Assembly (NCBI GenBank): GCA_048268245.1
Contig: JBLWVX010000003.1
Coordinates: forward strand, 32,001-96,000
Length of the DNA stretch: 64,000 nt
Direction: 5' to 3'
Source: Arcobacteraceae bacterium
GTDB lineage: Bacteria > Campylobacterota > Campylobacteria > Campylobacterales > Arcobacteraceae
Position 1 is the stretch's first letter. Each line of letters starts with the position of its first letter. Under the pieces are notes generated by a model that was not told where the DNA came from, made no database searches, and saw only the letters and a list, made by a program, of their open reading frames with translations. A program made the translations under genes and the position numbers. Shown here piece after piece: positions 52,190-61,623 of this stretch.

Positions 52190-52432
52190 ATGGAATTATT
52201 ATTTGCTAGAAACGAGTTAAATGAAAAACCCAAAAAAGTACAATTAGATAAGATTAAAGAAGAATTACAAAAAGAGGGTGAAAAAATTTTCTATTTTGAT
52301 AGAGATAATTCTCACAAAGATATGATGGCATTAGTAGATGCTTTAGAAGATGAAGGCTTAAATGTATATTTTAGAGAAGTTAAATACGGTTTAGCTGATG
52401 AAGAATATATGTATGAGGTTCATGCACTTTAA
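52190..52432 (+). CDS. HP0268-family small nuclease-like protein
   Basis: IFYFDRDNSHKD, REV.YGL...Y.YEVH; sits upstream of miaB as in Helicobacter. Confidence 0.8.
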   Translation: MELLFARNELNEKPKKVQLDKIKEELQKEGEKIFYFDRDNSHKDMMALVDALEDEGLNVYFREVKYGLADEEYMYEVHAL

Positions 52433-52451
52433 TAGAAAGTAGTTTAGCAAA

Positions 52452-53762
52452 ATGAGTTCAAACAAAAAATTATTTATTCAAACTTTAGGGTGTCAGATGA
52501 ATGACACTGATAGTCAACACATTGCAGCTGAATTAGAAAAGCATAAAGATTATACTCAAACTGAGCAAATTGAAGATGCTGATTTAATTATAATTAATAC
52601 ATGTTCAGTAAGAGAAAAACCAGTTCAAAAACTTTTTTCTGAAATTGGTCAATTCAATAAAAAGAAAAAAGATGGAGCTAAGATTGGTGTTTGTGGATGT
52701 ACGGCAAGTCATTTAGGAAACGATATCATTAAAAGAGCTCCGTATGTTGATTTTGTAGTTGGTGCTAGAAATATCTCTAAAATTAAAGATGTTGTTGATG
52801 TAAAAGGTGCAGTTGAAATTGCAATTGACAATGATGAGTCAATGTATGAGTTTGCTGCTGCAAAAACAAATAAATACAGAGCAAGTGTAAATATTTCAGT
52901 TGGTTGTGATAAAAAATGTACTTACTGTATTGTTCCAAATACTAGAGGTGAAGAGATTTCTATTCCACCCGAAATGATTGTAAAACAAGTGCAAAATGCA
53001 GTTGATGAAGGTGCAGTTGAAGTAATGCTTTTAGGTCAAAATGTAAACTCTTATGGTAGAAGATTTTCAGATAAAAGACCTAAATACTCTTTTACTAAAC
53101 TTTTACAAGATGTTTCTAAAATTGAGGGATTAAAAAGAATTCGATTTACATCTCCTCATCCTTTACATATGGATGATGAGTTTATTGAAGAATTTGCAAA
53201 AAATGAAAAAATCTCAAGATGTATTCATATGCCATTACAAAGTGGTTCTACTTCAATTTTAAGAGCTATGAAAAGAGGATACACAAAAGAGTGGTTCTTA
53301 AATAGAGCAGCTAAAATGAGGGAATTAGTTTCAAACCTTAGAATTACAACGGATATTATTGTTGCATTCCCTGGTGAAACTAATGAAGATTTCCAAGATA
53401 CTTTAGATGTTGTAAGAAAAGTAGGATTTGATCAAATTTTTAACTTTAAATACTCACCTAGACCTGAAACAGCAGCATTAGATCTTAAAGATCAAGAAAT
53501 TCCAGATGAAATTGGAAGTGCAAGATTAACAGAGTTAATTGAACTTCATAAAAGACATCTTGAAGAAGAAATGCCAAAATTAGTTGGCTCTACTGTAAAT
53601 ATTTTAGTTGAATCTTTAAAACCTAATGGTGAGATTTCTGGATATACTGATAACTATCTTCAAGTATTTGCAAAAGGTAGTGATGAACTATTAGGTAAAT
53701 TTGTGGATGTTAAAGTAACAGATGTAACAAGAACAGCTTTAAAGGGTGAAGTTATAGCCTAA
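52452..53762 (+). CDS. miaB: tRNA-2-methylthio-N6-dimethylallyladenosine synthase
   Basis: TLGCQMN, NTCSVRE, CDKKCTYC, RFTSPHP, YSPRP, TRAM domain. Confidence 0.97.
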   Translation: MSSNKKLFIQTLGCQMNDTDSQHIAAELEKHKDYTQTEQIEDADLIIINTCSVREKPVQKLFSEIGQFNKKKKDGAKIGVCGCTASHLGNDIIKRAPYVDFVVGARNISKIKDVVDVKGAVEIAIDNDESMYEFAAAKTNKYRASVNISVGCDKKCTYCIVPNTRGEEISIPPEMIVKQVQNAVDEGAVEVMLLGQNVNSYGRRFSDKRPKYSFTKLLQDVSKIEGLKRIRFTSPHPLHMDDEFIEEFAKNEKISRCIHMPLQSGSTSILRAMKRGYTKEWFLNRAAKMRELVSNLRITTDIIVAFPGETNEDFQDTLDVVRKVGFDQIFNFKYSPRPETAALDLKDQEIPDEIGSARLTELIELHKRHLEEEMPKLVGSTVNILVESLKPNGEISGYTDNYLQVFAKGSDELLGKFVDVKVTDVTRTALKGEVIA

Positions 53763-54373
53763 TGAAGCTTTTCTTTAAACTAAAAATATTACCATACTTC
53801 TTATATTTTTTAGTTAGATTAATCTATGCTACAAACAAAAAAGTTTATCATCATCCAAAATTAGGTGATGAAGCTTTTGTTTTTGTTATGTGGCATGGAG
53901 ATCTACTTAGTCAACCTTTTAATTACAAAGCCCAAAGAGGTAATAGAGTAGTAAAAGGTATGATTAGTTTAAATAAAGATGGAGAAATACTATCTAAAGT
54001 TTTTGCACTTTTAGGAATAGAAGCATTAAGAGGTTCTTCTTCTAAAGGTGCAGCTAAAGTTTTAATTAGTACAATTAAGGAAATTAAATCAGGAAGTGAC
54101 GTAGCTATTACTCCTGATGGTCCAAGAGGGCCTAGATTTTCTGTAGCAAATGGTGTTGTAGCCATCGCTCAAAAAAGTGGTTCTAAGGTTGTTGTATTAA
54201 ACTCAAAACCAAGTAAATATTGGCAGTTTAATTCTTGGGATAAGTTTATTTTACCTAAGCCTTTTGGTAAAATAGATTTTTATATGTCAGAACCTTACGA
54301 TATTAGTAACTTACAAATGGATGAAGCAAAAGATTTTATAAAAGAAAAACTAATGGTTCATTCAATTAAATAG
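53762..54373 (+). CDS. lpxJ: DUF374 acyltransferase, likely lipid A late acyltransferase LpxJ
   Basis: WHG, S...DGE, RGSSSKG, ITPDGPRGP, SWD.F.LPKPF; coupled to miaB. Confidence 0.75.
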   Translation: MKLFFKLKILPYFLYFLVRLIYATNKKVYHHPKLGDEAFVFVMWHGDLLSQPFNYKAQRGNRVVKGMISLNKDGEILSKVFALLGIEALRGSSSKGAAKVLISTIKEIKSGSDVAITPDGPRGPRFSVANGVVAIAQKSGSKVVVLNSKPSKYWQFNSWDKFILPKPFGKIDFYMSEPYDISNLQMDEAKDFIKEKLMVHSIK

Positions 54374-54389
54374 TTTAAATAGGAAATAT

Positions 54390-55952
54390 ATGTTTAGTAA
54401 AGAGTCTTTATATATTAATGCAATTAAATATGATACTCAATTAAAGCTAGATTATAAAAAACTAGATGATGAGCAGATAATAGAAGCGAATAATTCAGTT
54501 TTTTTAGTTAAAGATGAGATTTTATCCCATGAAATTGCACACAAAATTAATGCATCTCAAAAGCAAACACCTTTAAGCTATATTTCTACTTTACTTATTA
54601 GTGATACTACAAAGTTAATTCCTAAATCAAGTAAAAGGCCAATTGATTGTGAAATAGTACATTTTAATAATGAATATGATATTGCTGTTTTAAAATCTAC
54701 TCTTTTTGAAACAGAACACTATTTTGAAAAAACAGGTATTGATTATATTTATTCTGCTTTTCACATTTTAAATCTTCATATTGAGCAAAAAGTATGTAAA
54801 AATCAGCTTTTGATTTTTTTATTTAATAATAAGGCATTTATTTTAATTCTTGATGATAAATCAAAGATTGTATATAGTAAGACAGTTGAACTTCCAACTT
54901 TTGAAAGTGTTAAAAAAACACACTTTTACGATGATGATGTAGTGGGACAAAAACTTTTTGATGAAATTTATTATTTAGAACTAAGTGAAATAATTCACAA
55001 TAATTTAAATGAGTTTTATGAGAGTGAGTCTCAAACATTTATTGATAAGATTACTATTTTATATACTTTAAAACAACTAAGCCAAGAGCAAATTGATAAT
55101 TTAAGTAATGAACTATTACTTACAATAGATTATCAACCAATAAATATTGATGAAGAAATTTTTGAATTATCAAAAGATAAACATCACAAACAAAGCTTTA
55201 TAAGCCCAAGAAGGAAAGAGAAAAAGAATAATTACTTTAGTATATTAATAGTATTATTTTTTGCACTGGCCTTTTATGGAGTTTATATTTTATTTGATGA
55301 AGTATCCCACAATAAGACTCAAGAAACTAAAACCCAAAAGAATATAAGAAGTGAAGTTAAACTTCCTGATCATGTTAATAAAAACGATAGAATAACAAAA
55401 AGGATAAAAGCTATTTTTGACTCAATTCCTTATGATGTAGTATTGAGTGAAATGGTTGTAGATGGTGATGCTTTACTTTTAAAAGCTAAATTTTTAAAAG
55501 ACGATACTTTTATAAAGTCGCTTCAACCTGAACTTGGTTCACTTTATGAAACAATAGAAGTTGAACTAGATTCTAAAGATAAAAAGCATTTTGTAGATGG
55601 TACTGTTATGGCTAAAGATTTACTTGATTTAGAGGACATTAACTATAGAAAATATAATAATAAATATATTGTTGATGAATTTTTCCCTATTTCAAGAGTG
55701 ACAGAACAATTAAAAATCTTAATGCCTGAAAATGCTATAGTAAAATTTCAATCAAGTCAAAATAAAAAAGTCACAGTTTTTAACTATTTAATTAATATTG
55801 AGATTTCTACACCTAAAGAATTTTTTGATTTGATTGACATGATAAATAATGAACTGTATTCAATTACTATCTCATATCCTATAAGTATGATAAAGAATGA
55901 TGAAGGTAAGTTAGATATTGAGTTTAATGTACAATTTAATCAACCTCAATAG
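54390..55952 (+). CDS. Bitopic membrane protein, candidate PilM-PilN-PilO-like fusion
   Basis: About 280-aa cytoplasmic domain, single TM (aa ~282-302), two periplasmic ferredoxin-like repeats; located after miaB-lpxJ. Confidence 0.6.
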   Translation: MFSKESLYINAIKYDTQLKLDYKKLDDEQIIEANNSVFLVKDEILSHEIAHKINASQKQTPLSYISTLLISDTTKLIPKSSKRPIDCEIVHFNNEYDIAVLKSTLFETEHYFEKTGIDYIYSAFHILNLHIEQKVCKNQLLIFLFNNKAFILILDDKSKIVYSKTVELPTFESVKKTHFYDDDVVGQKLFDEIYYLELSEIIHNNLNEFYESESQTFIDKITILYTLKQLSQEQIDNLSNELLLTIDYQPINIDEEIFELSKDKHHKQSFISPRRKEKKNNYFSILIVLFFALAFYGVYILFDEVSHNKTQETKTQKNIRSEVKLPDHVNKNDRITKRIKAIFDSIPYDVVLSEMVVDGDALLLKAKFLKDDTFIKSLQPELGSLYETIEVELDSKDKKHFVDGTVMAKDLLDLEDINYRKYNNKYIVDEFFPISRVTEQLKILMPENAIVKFQSSQNKKVTVFNYLINIEISTPKEFFDLIDMINNELYSITISYPISMIKNDEGKLDIEFNVQFNQPQ

Positions 55953-55973
55953 ATTTAATAAAAGAATTAAAGG

Positions 55974-57038
55974 TTAATTCCAAACCTTTAATTCATTATA
56001 AATAGAGTCTCTCTCAACTGGTGTAAATCCAGAATTTTGAATAAGTTCTACAAACTCTTTTAAAGCAACTCCACCTGCACTTGAAGCGCCTGCCGCACTT
56101 TGAATTGATTCTTTTTCAATTGTTCCATCAACATCATTAGCACCAAATTCTTGAGCTATTAAAGCTAATTTTACAGTTGATGTTGCCCAGTATGCTTTAA
56201 TATTTGAAATATTATCTAGCATAATTCTTGCAATTGCGTAAGTCTTTAAAATTTCTTGACCTGTTAATGGCTCTTCAACTTTTAAGTAATTGTTTTCTGT
56301 TTGATATACAAGAGGAATAAAAGCATTAAAACCACTTGTTTCATCTTGTAAATCTCTTAGTCTTATCATGTGATCAATTCTATGTTCTCTTTTTTCTACA
56401 TGACCAAATAACATAGTAGCATTACTTTGCATTCCTGCTTTATGCCAAAGTCTATGAATTTGTAACCATTCATCAGATTTAACTTTTCCACCACAAATTC
56501 TTTTTCTTACCTTTTCATCAAAGATTTCAGCACCACCACCTGGCATTGAATCAATTCCATGATCTTTCATCATAGAAATTAAATCTTCATAAGATACATT
56601 ATACTCTTTACTCAAAAAGTGTACTTCTGCAGCTGTCAAAGCTTTTACATGAATCGCTGGATAGTTTTCTTTTATCTTTTTAAATACATCCATGTACCAC
56701 TGTAATCCAGTATCTGGATTATGAGCAGATACAATATGAACTTCTTTTATATCATTTTTTGAAGAGTTTTTAACAATATCTAAAATCTCTTTATGACTCA
56801 TAGTCCATTGATTTGGGTTTTTTCTACTTGCACTATAAGCACAGAATTGACAAACATCTTTACAAACATTTGTTGGGTTTATGTGTCTATTAATATTAAA
56901 ATATGTTTTTTTGCCGTGCTTTTCTTCTCTAATTTTATTTGCATAATGAGCCAAAGTAAATAAGTCTAAATCAAAAAGTTCTACACCATCTTCATAGCTT
57001 AGTCTTTGCCCACTTTCTAGTTTCTCAATAATACTCAT
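55974..57038 (-). CDS. mqnE: Aminodeoxyfutalosine synthase MqnE
   Basis: NRHINPTNVC...C.FCA, SMPGGGAEIF, NATMLFGH, NIKAYW, D.DGTI..E.I. Confidence 0.92.
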   Translation of the reverse strand: MSIIEKLESGQRLSYEDGVELFDLDLFTLAHYANKIREEKHGKKTYFNINRHINPTNVCKDVCQFCAYSASRKNPNQWTMSHKEILDIVKNSSKNDIKEVHIVSAHNPDTGLQWYMDVFKKIKENYPAIHVKALTAAEVHFLSKEYNVSYEDLISMMKDHGIDSMPGGGAEIFDEKVRKRICGGKVKSDEWLQIHRLWHKAGMQSNATMLFGHVEKREHRIDHMIRLRDLQDETSGFNAFIPLVYQTENNYLKVEEPLTGQEILKTYAIARIMLDNISNIKAYWATSTVKLALIAQEFGANDVDGTIEKESIQSAAGASSAGGVALKEFVELIQNSGFTPVERDSIYNELKVWN

Positions 57039-57045
57039 AATTTTC

Positions 57046-57366
57046 CTATTTACAGTCTAAATCTTTACTGAACTCTTCATTTCTTCCAATATGAATAAAA
57101 CCAATACAAGTTTTACTTAGATTACTATCAAAGAATCTTACTTTATATACTGTACTTTTATATCTAGTCTTAGTATCTTCTACCCTTAATTTATTAATCA
57201 CTTCCATACTATTTACATTTTTGTGTCCTAAAGTAGCAAGTATTTCAACCATTTTTTTCTCTTTTAAGTCTTTTAATACTAAAAATATAGCAAATGCAAT
57301 TGCTACTATAATTGTTATAATAATAACAGTTTTTTTAGGTAATCTTCTTATTTCGGTTTCACTCAT
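57046..57366 (-). CDS. Hypothetical membrane-anchored protein
   Basis: N-terminal TM, two Cys in the soluble part; RBS present; in operon. Confidence 0.75.
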   Translation of the reverse strand: MSETEIRRLPKKTVIIITIIVAIAFAIFLVLKDLKEKKMVEILATLGHKNVNSMEVINKLRVEDTKTRYKSTVYKVRFFDSNLSKTCIGFIHIGRNEEFSKDLDCK

Positions 57367-57374
57367 ATTTTTTC

Positions 57375-58031
57375 CTAATCTTCTATTTTCATTTCTCTTA
57401 GTGGTTTAAACTGTTTCTCTTTTTTGTCTAAATAATCAATCTCTCCATTTTGTACATCATAATGCCATCCATGAATTTCTAAACTACCATCTTCAACCTT
57501 TTGTTTTACATCAGGGTAAGTTAAAAGATTTTTTAATTGCTGTTTAATAGAATTTCTCTCAGTGATTCTATACATTTCTTCTTCTGTAGTAAACTTTTTA
57601 TCTGCTAATGTTTTTTCTTTTGCAGCCATTCCAAGTTTTAACCATGTTTTTACATGAACTAAAGAAGTAGTATCTGGAATTTGATCATATTCATATAAGC
57701 TTTTACATGCACCACAGTGAGTGTGTCCACATACAATAATGTGTTTTACACCAAGAACAGCAACAGCATATTCAATAGCTGCTGCACTACCATGGAAATC
57801 TTCATCATGTTTAAATGGAGGAATAAAGTTTCCAACATTTCTTAAAATAAACATGTCCCCTGGTTTTGTATTTAACATTATATCAGGTGTTAATCTACTA
57901 TCTGAACATCCAACAAATAGTACTTCTGGCTTTTGACCATTTAAAACTAATTCATTTAGTTCTTCTTGCCATTTTGGAACCTTGCATTCTTGAAAACTTT
58001 TGTGACCTTTGATTAATTGTTTTAAAATCAT
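57375..58031 (-). CDS. Beta-class carbonic anhydrase
   Basis: CSDSR, RNVGN, EYAV..L, GHTHCG. Confidence 0.96.
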   Translation of the reverse strand: MILKQLIKGHKSFQECKVPKWQEELNELVLNGQKPEVLFVGCSDSRLTPDIMLNTKPGDMFILRNVGNFIPPFKHDEDFHGSAAAIEYAVAVLGVKHIIVCGHTHCGACKSLYEYDQIPDTTSLVHVKTWLKLGMAAKEKTLADKKFTTEEEMYRITERNSIKQQLKNLLTYPDVKQKVEDGSLEIHGWHYDVQNGEIDYLDKKEKQFKPLREMKIED

Positions 58032-58270
58032 TTTATTTTACTCTTATCCATTATTATTTTTTTATCATTTACAGTTAATGCTGTAATTTTATTTATATTG
58101 TCTTTCTCTTCATCATCTTCGAGTTTATATTCAATAATATAATCCATTTTATGACAAGATACCAAAACTGTATACCTAGATAATTGAATCTTCTCACATT
58201 TTTTGATATTTTCAATTTCATTTGAAAAAGTAAATGTAAAAAGTGTAATTAACAAAGTAACTATTTTCAT
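58028..58270 (-). CDS. Small secreted hypothetical protein
   Basis: Signal-peptide-like N-terminus, two Cys; overlaps both neighbours by 4 nt. Confidence 0.65.
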   Translation of the reverse strand: MKIVTLLITLFTFTFSNEIENIKKCEKIQLSRYTVLVSCHKMDYIIEYKLEDDEEKDNINKITALTVNDKKIIMDKSKIK

Positions 58271-59373
58271 ATAAGTTCCTTTATTAAATTACATACATTT
58301 CTTAAATCCTCTTCTGATACATCTATTTTTGCAATAAGTCTAATTATGGCTATTTTTACAGTTGGTTGCCTAATGGCTCCAACTATATAACCTTTTTCTT
58401 GAAGTTGTTTTTGAATTTCTTTAACTTTTTTATTATCTGCAATTTCAATTGGAATAATTAGACTTTCAGAAGATATATTTAGAATTTCCTTAACGATTTT
58501 TAAATTTCTATTTATGTTTTCTTTTAGTTTGTGTTTATTATTTACTATAAAATTTAATGATTCTAAACCCATTGCAATATCAAAAAGTGATGGTGCAGTA
58601 GAGTAAATAATAGGTTTAGCTCTATTTTGTAAAAATTCTATAGTTTCATTGGAAGCTAATATGTAGGCCCCGTATGAACCATATGCTTTCCCTAATGTAC
58701 CCATTTTTATATGCTTTTTATTAGGTTTAATTTTATAATAATCAAAAATTCCTAGTAAATTATCTCCTAAAACACCAGAACTATGAGCTTCATCTACAAT
58801 TAACAAAGTATCATAACTCTTTGAGAGGTGAAAAATCTCTTCTTTAGCTACATCTCCACCCATTGAATAAACACCTTCAATAGCAACTATTTTTCTACCT
58901 TTTCTTTTACAAGATTTAAGTTTTTCTTCTAAGTCTTTCTCATCATTATGACTAAAAACAATAACTTGTTCATCTTTTAAAAATTTAGTAGCTAAAATAC
59001 CACTTGCATGATAATCTTCATCAATAAATAGGGTGTCATTTTTTCTACATAGAGCTTCAATCATAGAAATATTAGCTAAAAAACCAGAACCTACACATAC
59101 AGCAGCTTCAAATTTATTTACTTCACAAAGTTTTTCTTCAAACTCTTTATGAATAGAATTGTATCCATTTACAAGCATTGAAGCTTTAGGTGAGTAGTAC
59201 TTTTGTTTAAGTACTCTTTCATATGCATTTTGAAAAATATTTACATTGGAAGCAAGACCTAAATAGTCGTTTGAAGCTAAATCAATTAAGCTTTCATCGA
59301 ATATATCTCTAGTTCTAAATCGATTTGATTTTTTAATTGAAAGTAGTTCTTTTGAATACAAAAAATTCTCCAT
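58267..59373 (-). CDS. bioF: 8-amino-7-oxononanoate synthase
   Basis: ASNDYLGL, SGFLAN, HAS, EGVYSMGGD, VDEAH, GTLGKA, AIR.PTV. Confidence 0.88.
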   Translation of the reverse strand: MENFLYSKELLSIKKSNRFRTRDIFDESLIDLASNDYLGLASNVNIFQNAYERVLKQKYYSPKASMLVNGYNSIHKEFEEKLCEVNKFEAAVCVGSGFLANISMIEALCRKNDTLFIDEDYHASGILATKFLKDEQVIVFSHNDEKDLEEKLKSCKRKGRKIVAIEGVYSMGGDVAKEEIFHLSKSYDTLLIVDEAHSSGVLGDNLLGIFDYYKIKPNKKHIKMGTLGKAYGSYGAYILASNETIEFLQNRAKPIIYSTAPSLFDIAMGLESLNFIVNNKHKLKENINRNLKIVKEILNISSESLIIPIEIADNKKVKEIQKQLQEKGYIVGAIRQPTVKIAIIRLIAKIDVSEEDLRNVCNLIKELI

Positions 59374-59501
59374 AAGTGTTTGTGTATATTAACTAAAAAA
59401 CTATAAAAAATAGTTGAATAATTTTAGAATCATTTTGATGCTAGTTTAATGCTATTTTCAGTTGGTATACTTTCAATACTAATTTTATATACGTCATTTA
59501 A

Positions 59502-59535
59502 AAAGATGAATGTACCGCTCATTACATTCATCTTT
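59502..59535. repeat. 13-bp perfect inverted repeat in the bioF-araC divergent spacer
   Basis: aaagatgaatgta-ccgctcat-tacattcatcttt. Confidence 0.8.
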
Positions 59536-59594
59536 CTAATAAAAAAGCAATATTTTACAAGACTTTTAACAAACAATTATGTATTATCTTTACT

Positions 59595-60407
59595 ATGAAT
59601 AACAAAATATTAAAAATCAAAGACTTAGACTATTTAGAGTTAAAATATTCAAAAAGTTTTCATGAATGTTCTCAAAAACATTACCATAATTTAATATGCT
59701 TCTTAGGACTAAAAAAAGGTGAAGCAAAAATAGTAATAAATGATAAAACAATTATTTTAGATGAGAATACTCTAGTAGTAATAAATCCAAATGAGGTTCA
59801 TTACTCACAAAATGCCAATTTTAATAAAGACTATTATGTTATTTATATTGACAGAACATGGTATAAAAACTTACAAAACTTAACATATAAAACCAATGAT
59901 ATTTTTCTTTTACCAAATGAAATTAGAAATAAAGAATATATAAATGATTTCTTTAAACTATTTGACTTTTTAAATACATCTAATGAAAGTATAAAGAAAG
60001 AACTAATGTTATTAGAGTTTTTAAAAAAGATATTTAATGAATTTATTAAGAAACATGAGTTTCTGAAGTTAGATAATACAACTCAAATTGCAAAAGATTT
60101 TAAAGAATATATTGAAAATAACATTTCTTCAAAACTAACTTTATCAAAAATTGCAAGTGAATTAGGATATAGCCCATATCACATAATTAGAGTTTGTAAT
60201 CAAGACTTTGGTTTATCGGCTAATGCATATATTGTAAATAAGAGAGTTCATAGAGCAAAGAAGCTTATATCTGATGGCTTTGAGATAAGTCATGCTGCTG
60301 TAGAAGTTGGTTTTTATGATCAAAGTCATTTAACAAATGTATTTAAAAAAGTATTTGCGATAACTCCAAAAGCATATCAAAAGGAAATAGAAAAAAATGA
60401 AAATTAA
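59595..60407 (+). CDS. AraC-family transcriptional regulator (cupin sensor)
   Basis: KHYH, INPNEVH; SPYHIIR; GFYDQSHL...FKK..TP..Y. Confidence 0.93.
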   Translation: MNNKILKIKDLDYLELKYSKSFHECSQKHYHNLICFLGLKKGEAKIVINDKTIILDENTLVVINPNEVHYSQNANFNKDYYVIYIDRTWYKNLQNLTYKTNDIFLLPNEIRNKEYINDFFKLFDFLNTSNESIKKELMLLEFLKKIFNEFIKKHEFLKLDNTTQIAKDFKEYIENNISSKLTLSKIASELGYSPYHIIRVCNQDFGLSANAYIVNKRVHRAKKLISDGFEISHAAVEVGFYDQSHLTNVFKKVFAITPKAYQKEIEKNEN

Positions 60408-61572
60408 TTTACTTGACAAAAATAACAATTTTAATATCTTACTTGCAGGAATTATCGGACTTTTTATAGGTGTTGGTGTTGCAAGGTTTTCATATACCTC
60501 TTTACTTCCTGCAATGCTTGAGGATGAAGCTTTATCTTTAACCTTTTCTGGAATATTAGCTTCAATAAACTATGTGGGCTATTTAAGTGGGGCTATTTTT
60601 GCGATATTTATAAAAGATATTGATACAAAAGTAAAGTATTTTAGAATAGGAATAGTTTTATGTATTTTAACTACTTTAATTTTGGGTATTACTACAAATG
60701 AAATTTTATGGTTTATTTCAAGAATTCTTGCAGGTTTTGCTGCTGCTATGGCATTAATTGTTGGTGCTGCAATTGTAATGGTAAAACTTGATTTTGAAGA
60801 TAAAACAAAAGCTATGGGAATATATTTTTCAGGAATAGGTATAGCATTAGCAAGTTCTGATATTATAAGTAGATATGTTTTATCTTATTCATCTTGGGAA
60901 AATTCATGGATTGTACTTACTCTTAGTGCTGCTCTTGTTTGCTTTTATCCTTTATATATTCTATCTTTTGATAAAAAAATAGCAAGCAATAATGAAAAAC
61001 ATCCCTTTAACAAAGCAATTTTTTCTCCTTTTGTTGTTATTTTGATTGCTGCTTATTTTACTGAAGGAGTTGGTTTTGTAGTTCAAGGAACTTTTCTTCC
61101 AACTATTTTAAAATCAATTGAGGGACTTGAAGATATTGCTGCTTTATCTTGGCTTTTAGTAGGTCTTGCTGGGATTCCTTCTTCAATTATTTGGATGAGA
61201 TTAGCTTACAAGTATGGAAGTGTAAATATAATTATTCTTGCTATGAGTTTACAGGTTGTTGGTATTTTAATTCCAACACTTACAACAAATATGTATTTAA
61301 ACCTTTTTTGTGGGGTTTTATATGGAGGAACATTTGTAGGTTTAGTTGCTTTATTTATGAATCTTGGTGGACAACTTGCAAAGAAAAATCCTGTTATGTT
61401 AATGGGTGCTTTAACTACATCATATGGAATAGGGCAAGTTACAGCTCCTTTATATGCGGTTAGTTTAACACAGCTTACAGGTAACTATAATTATGCACTT
61501 TATTTAACAGCTGCTATAGTTTCTTTTGGAGTTTTGATTTTATTGTTTTCTAAAAAAGTAATAAATAAATAG
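60397..61572 (+). CDS. YbfB/YjiJ-family MFS transporter
   Basis: GVARFSYT.LLP.M, LAS.NY.GYL.G, YGIGQ..P; about 12 TM helices. Confidence 0.9.
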   Translation: MKINLLDKNNNFNILLAGIIGLFIGVGVARFSYTSLLPAMLEDEALSLTFSGILASINYVGYLSGAIFAIFIKDIDTKVKYFRIGIVLCILTTLILGITTNEILWFISRILAGFAAAMALIVGAAIVMVKLDFEDKTKAMGIYFSGIGIALASSDIISRYVLSYSSWENSWIVLTLSAALVCFYPLYILSFDKKIASNNEKHPFNKAIFSPFVVILIAAYFTEGVGFVVQGTFLPTILKSIEGLEDIAALSWLLVGLAGIPSSIIWMRLAYKYGSVNIIILAMSLQVVGILIPTLTTNMYLNLFCGVLYGGTFVGLVALFMNLGGQLAKKNPVMLMGALTTSYGIGQVTAPLYAVSLTQLTGNYNYALYLTAAIVSFGVLILLFSKKVINK

Positions 61573-61623
61573 CTTTAAAAGTTGTGAAAGATACGAATAG
61601 TAAAGAGTTTAAAGGTAAATAGC

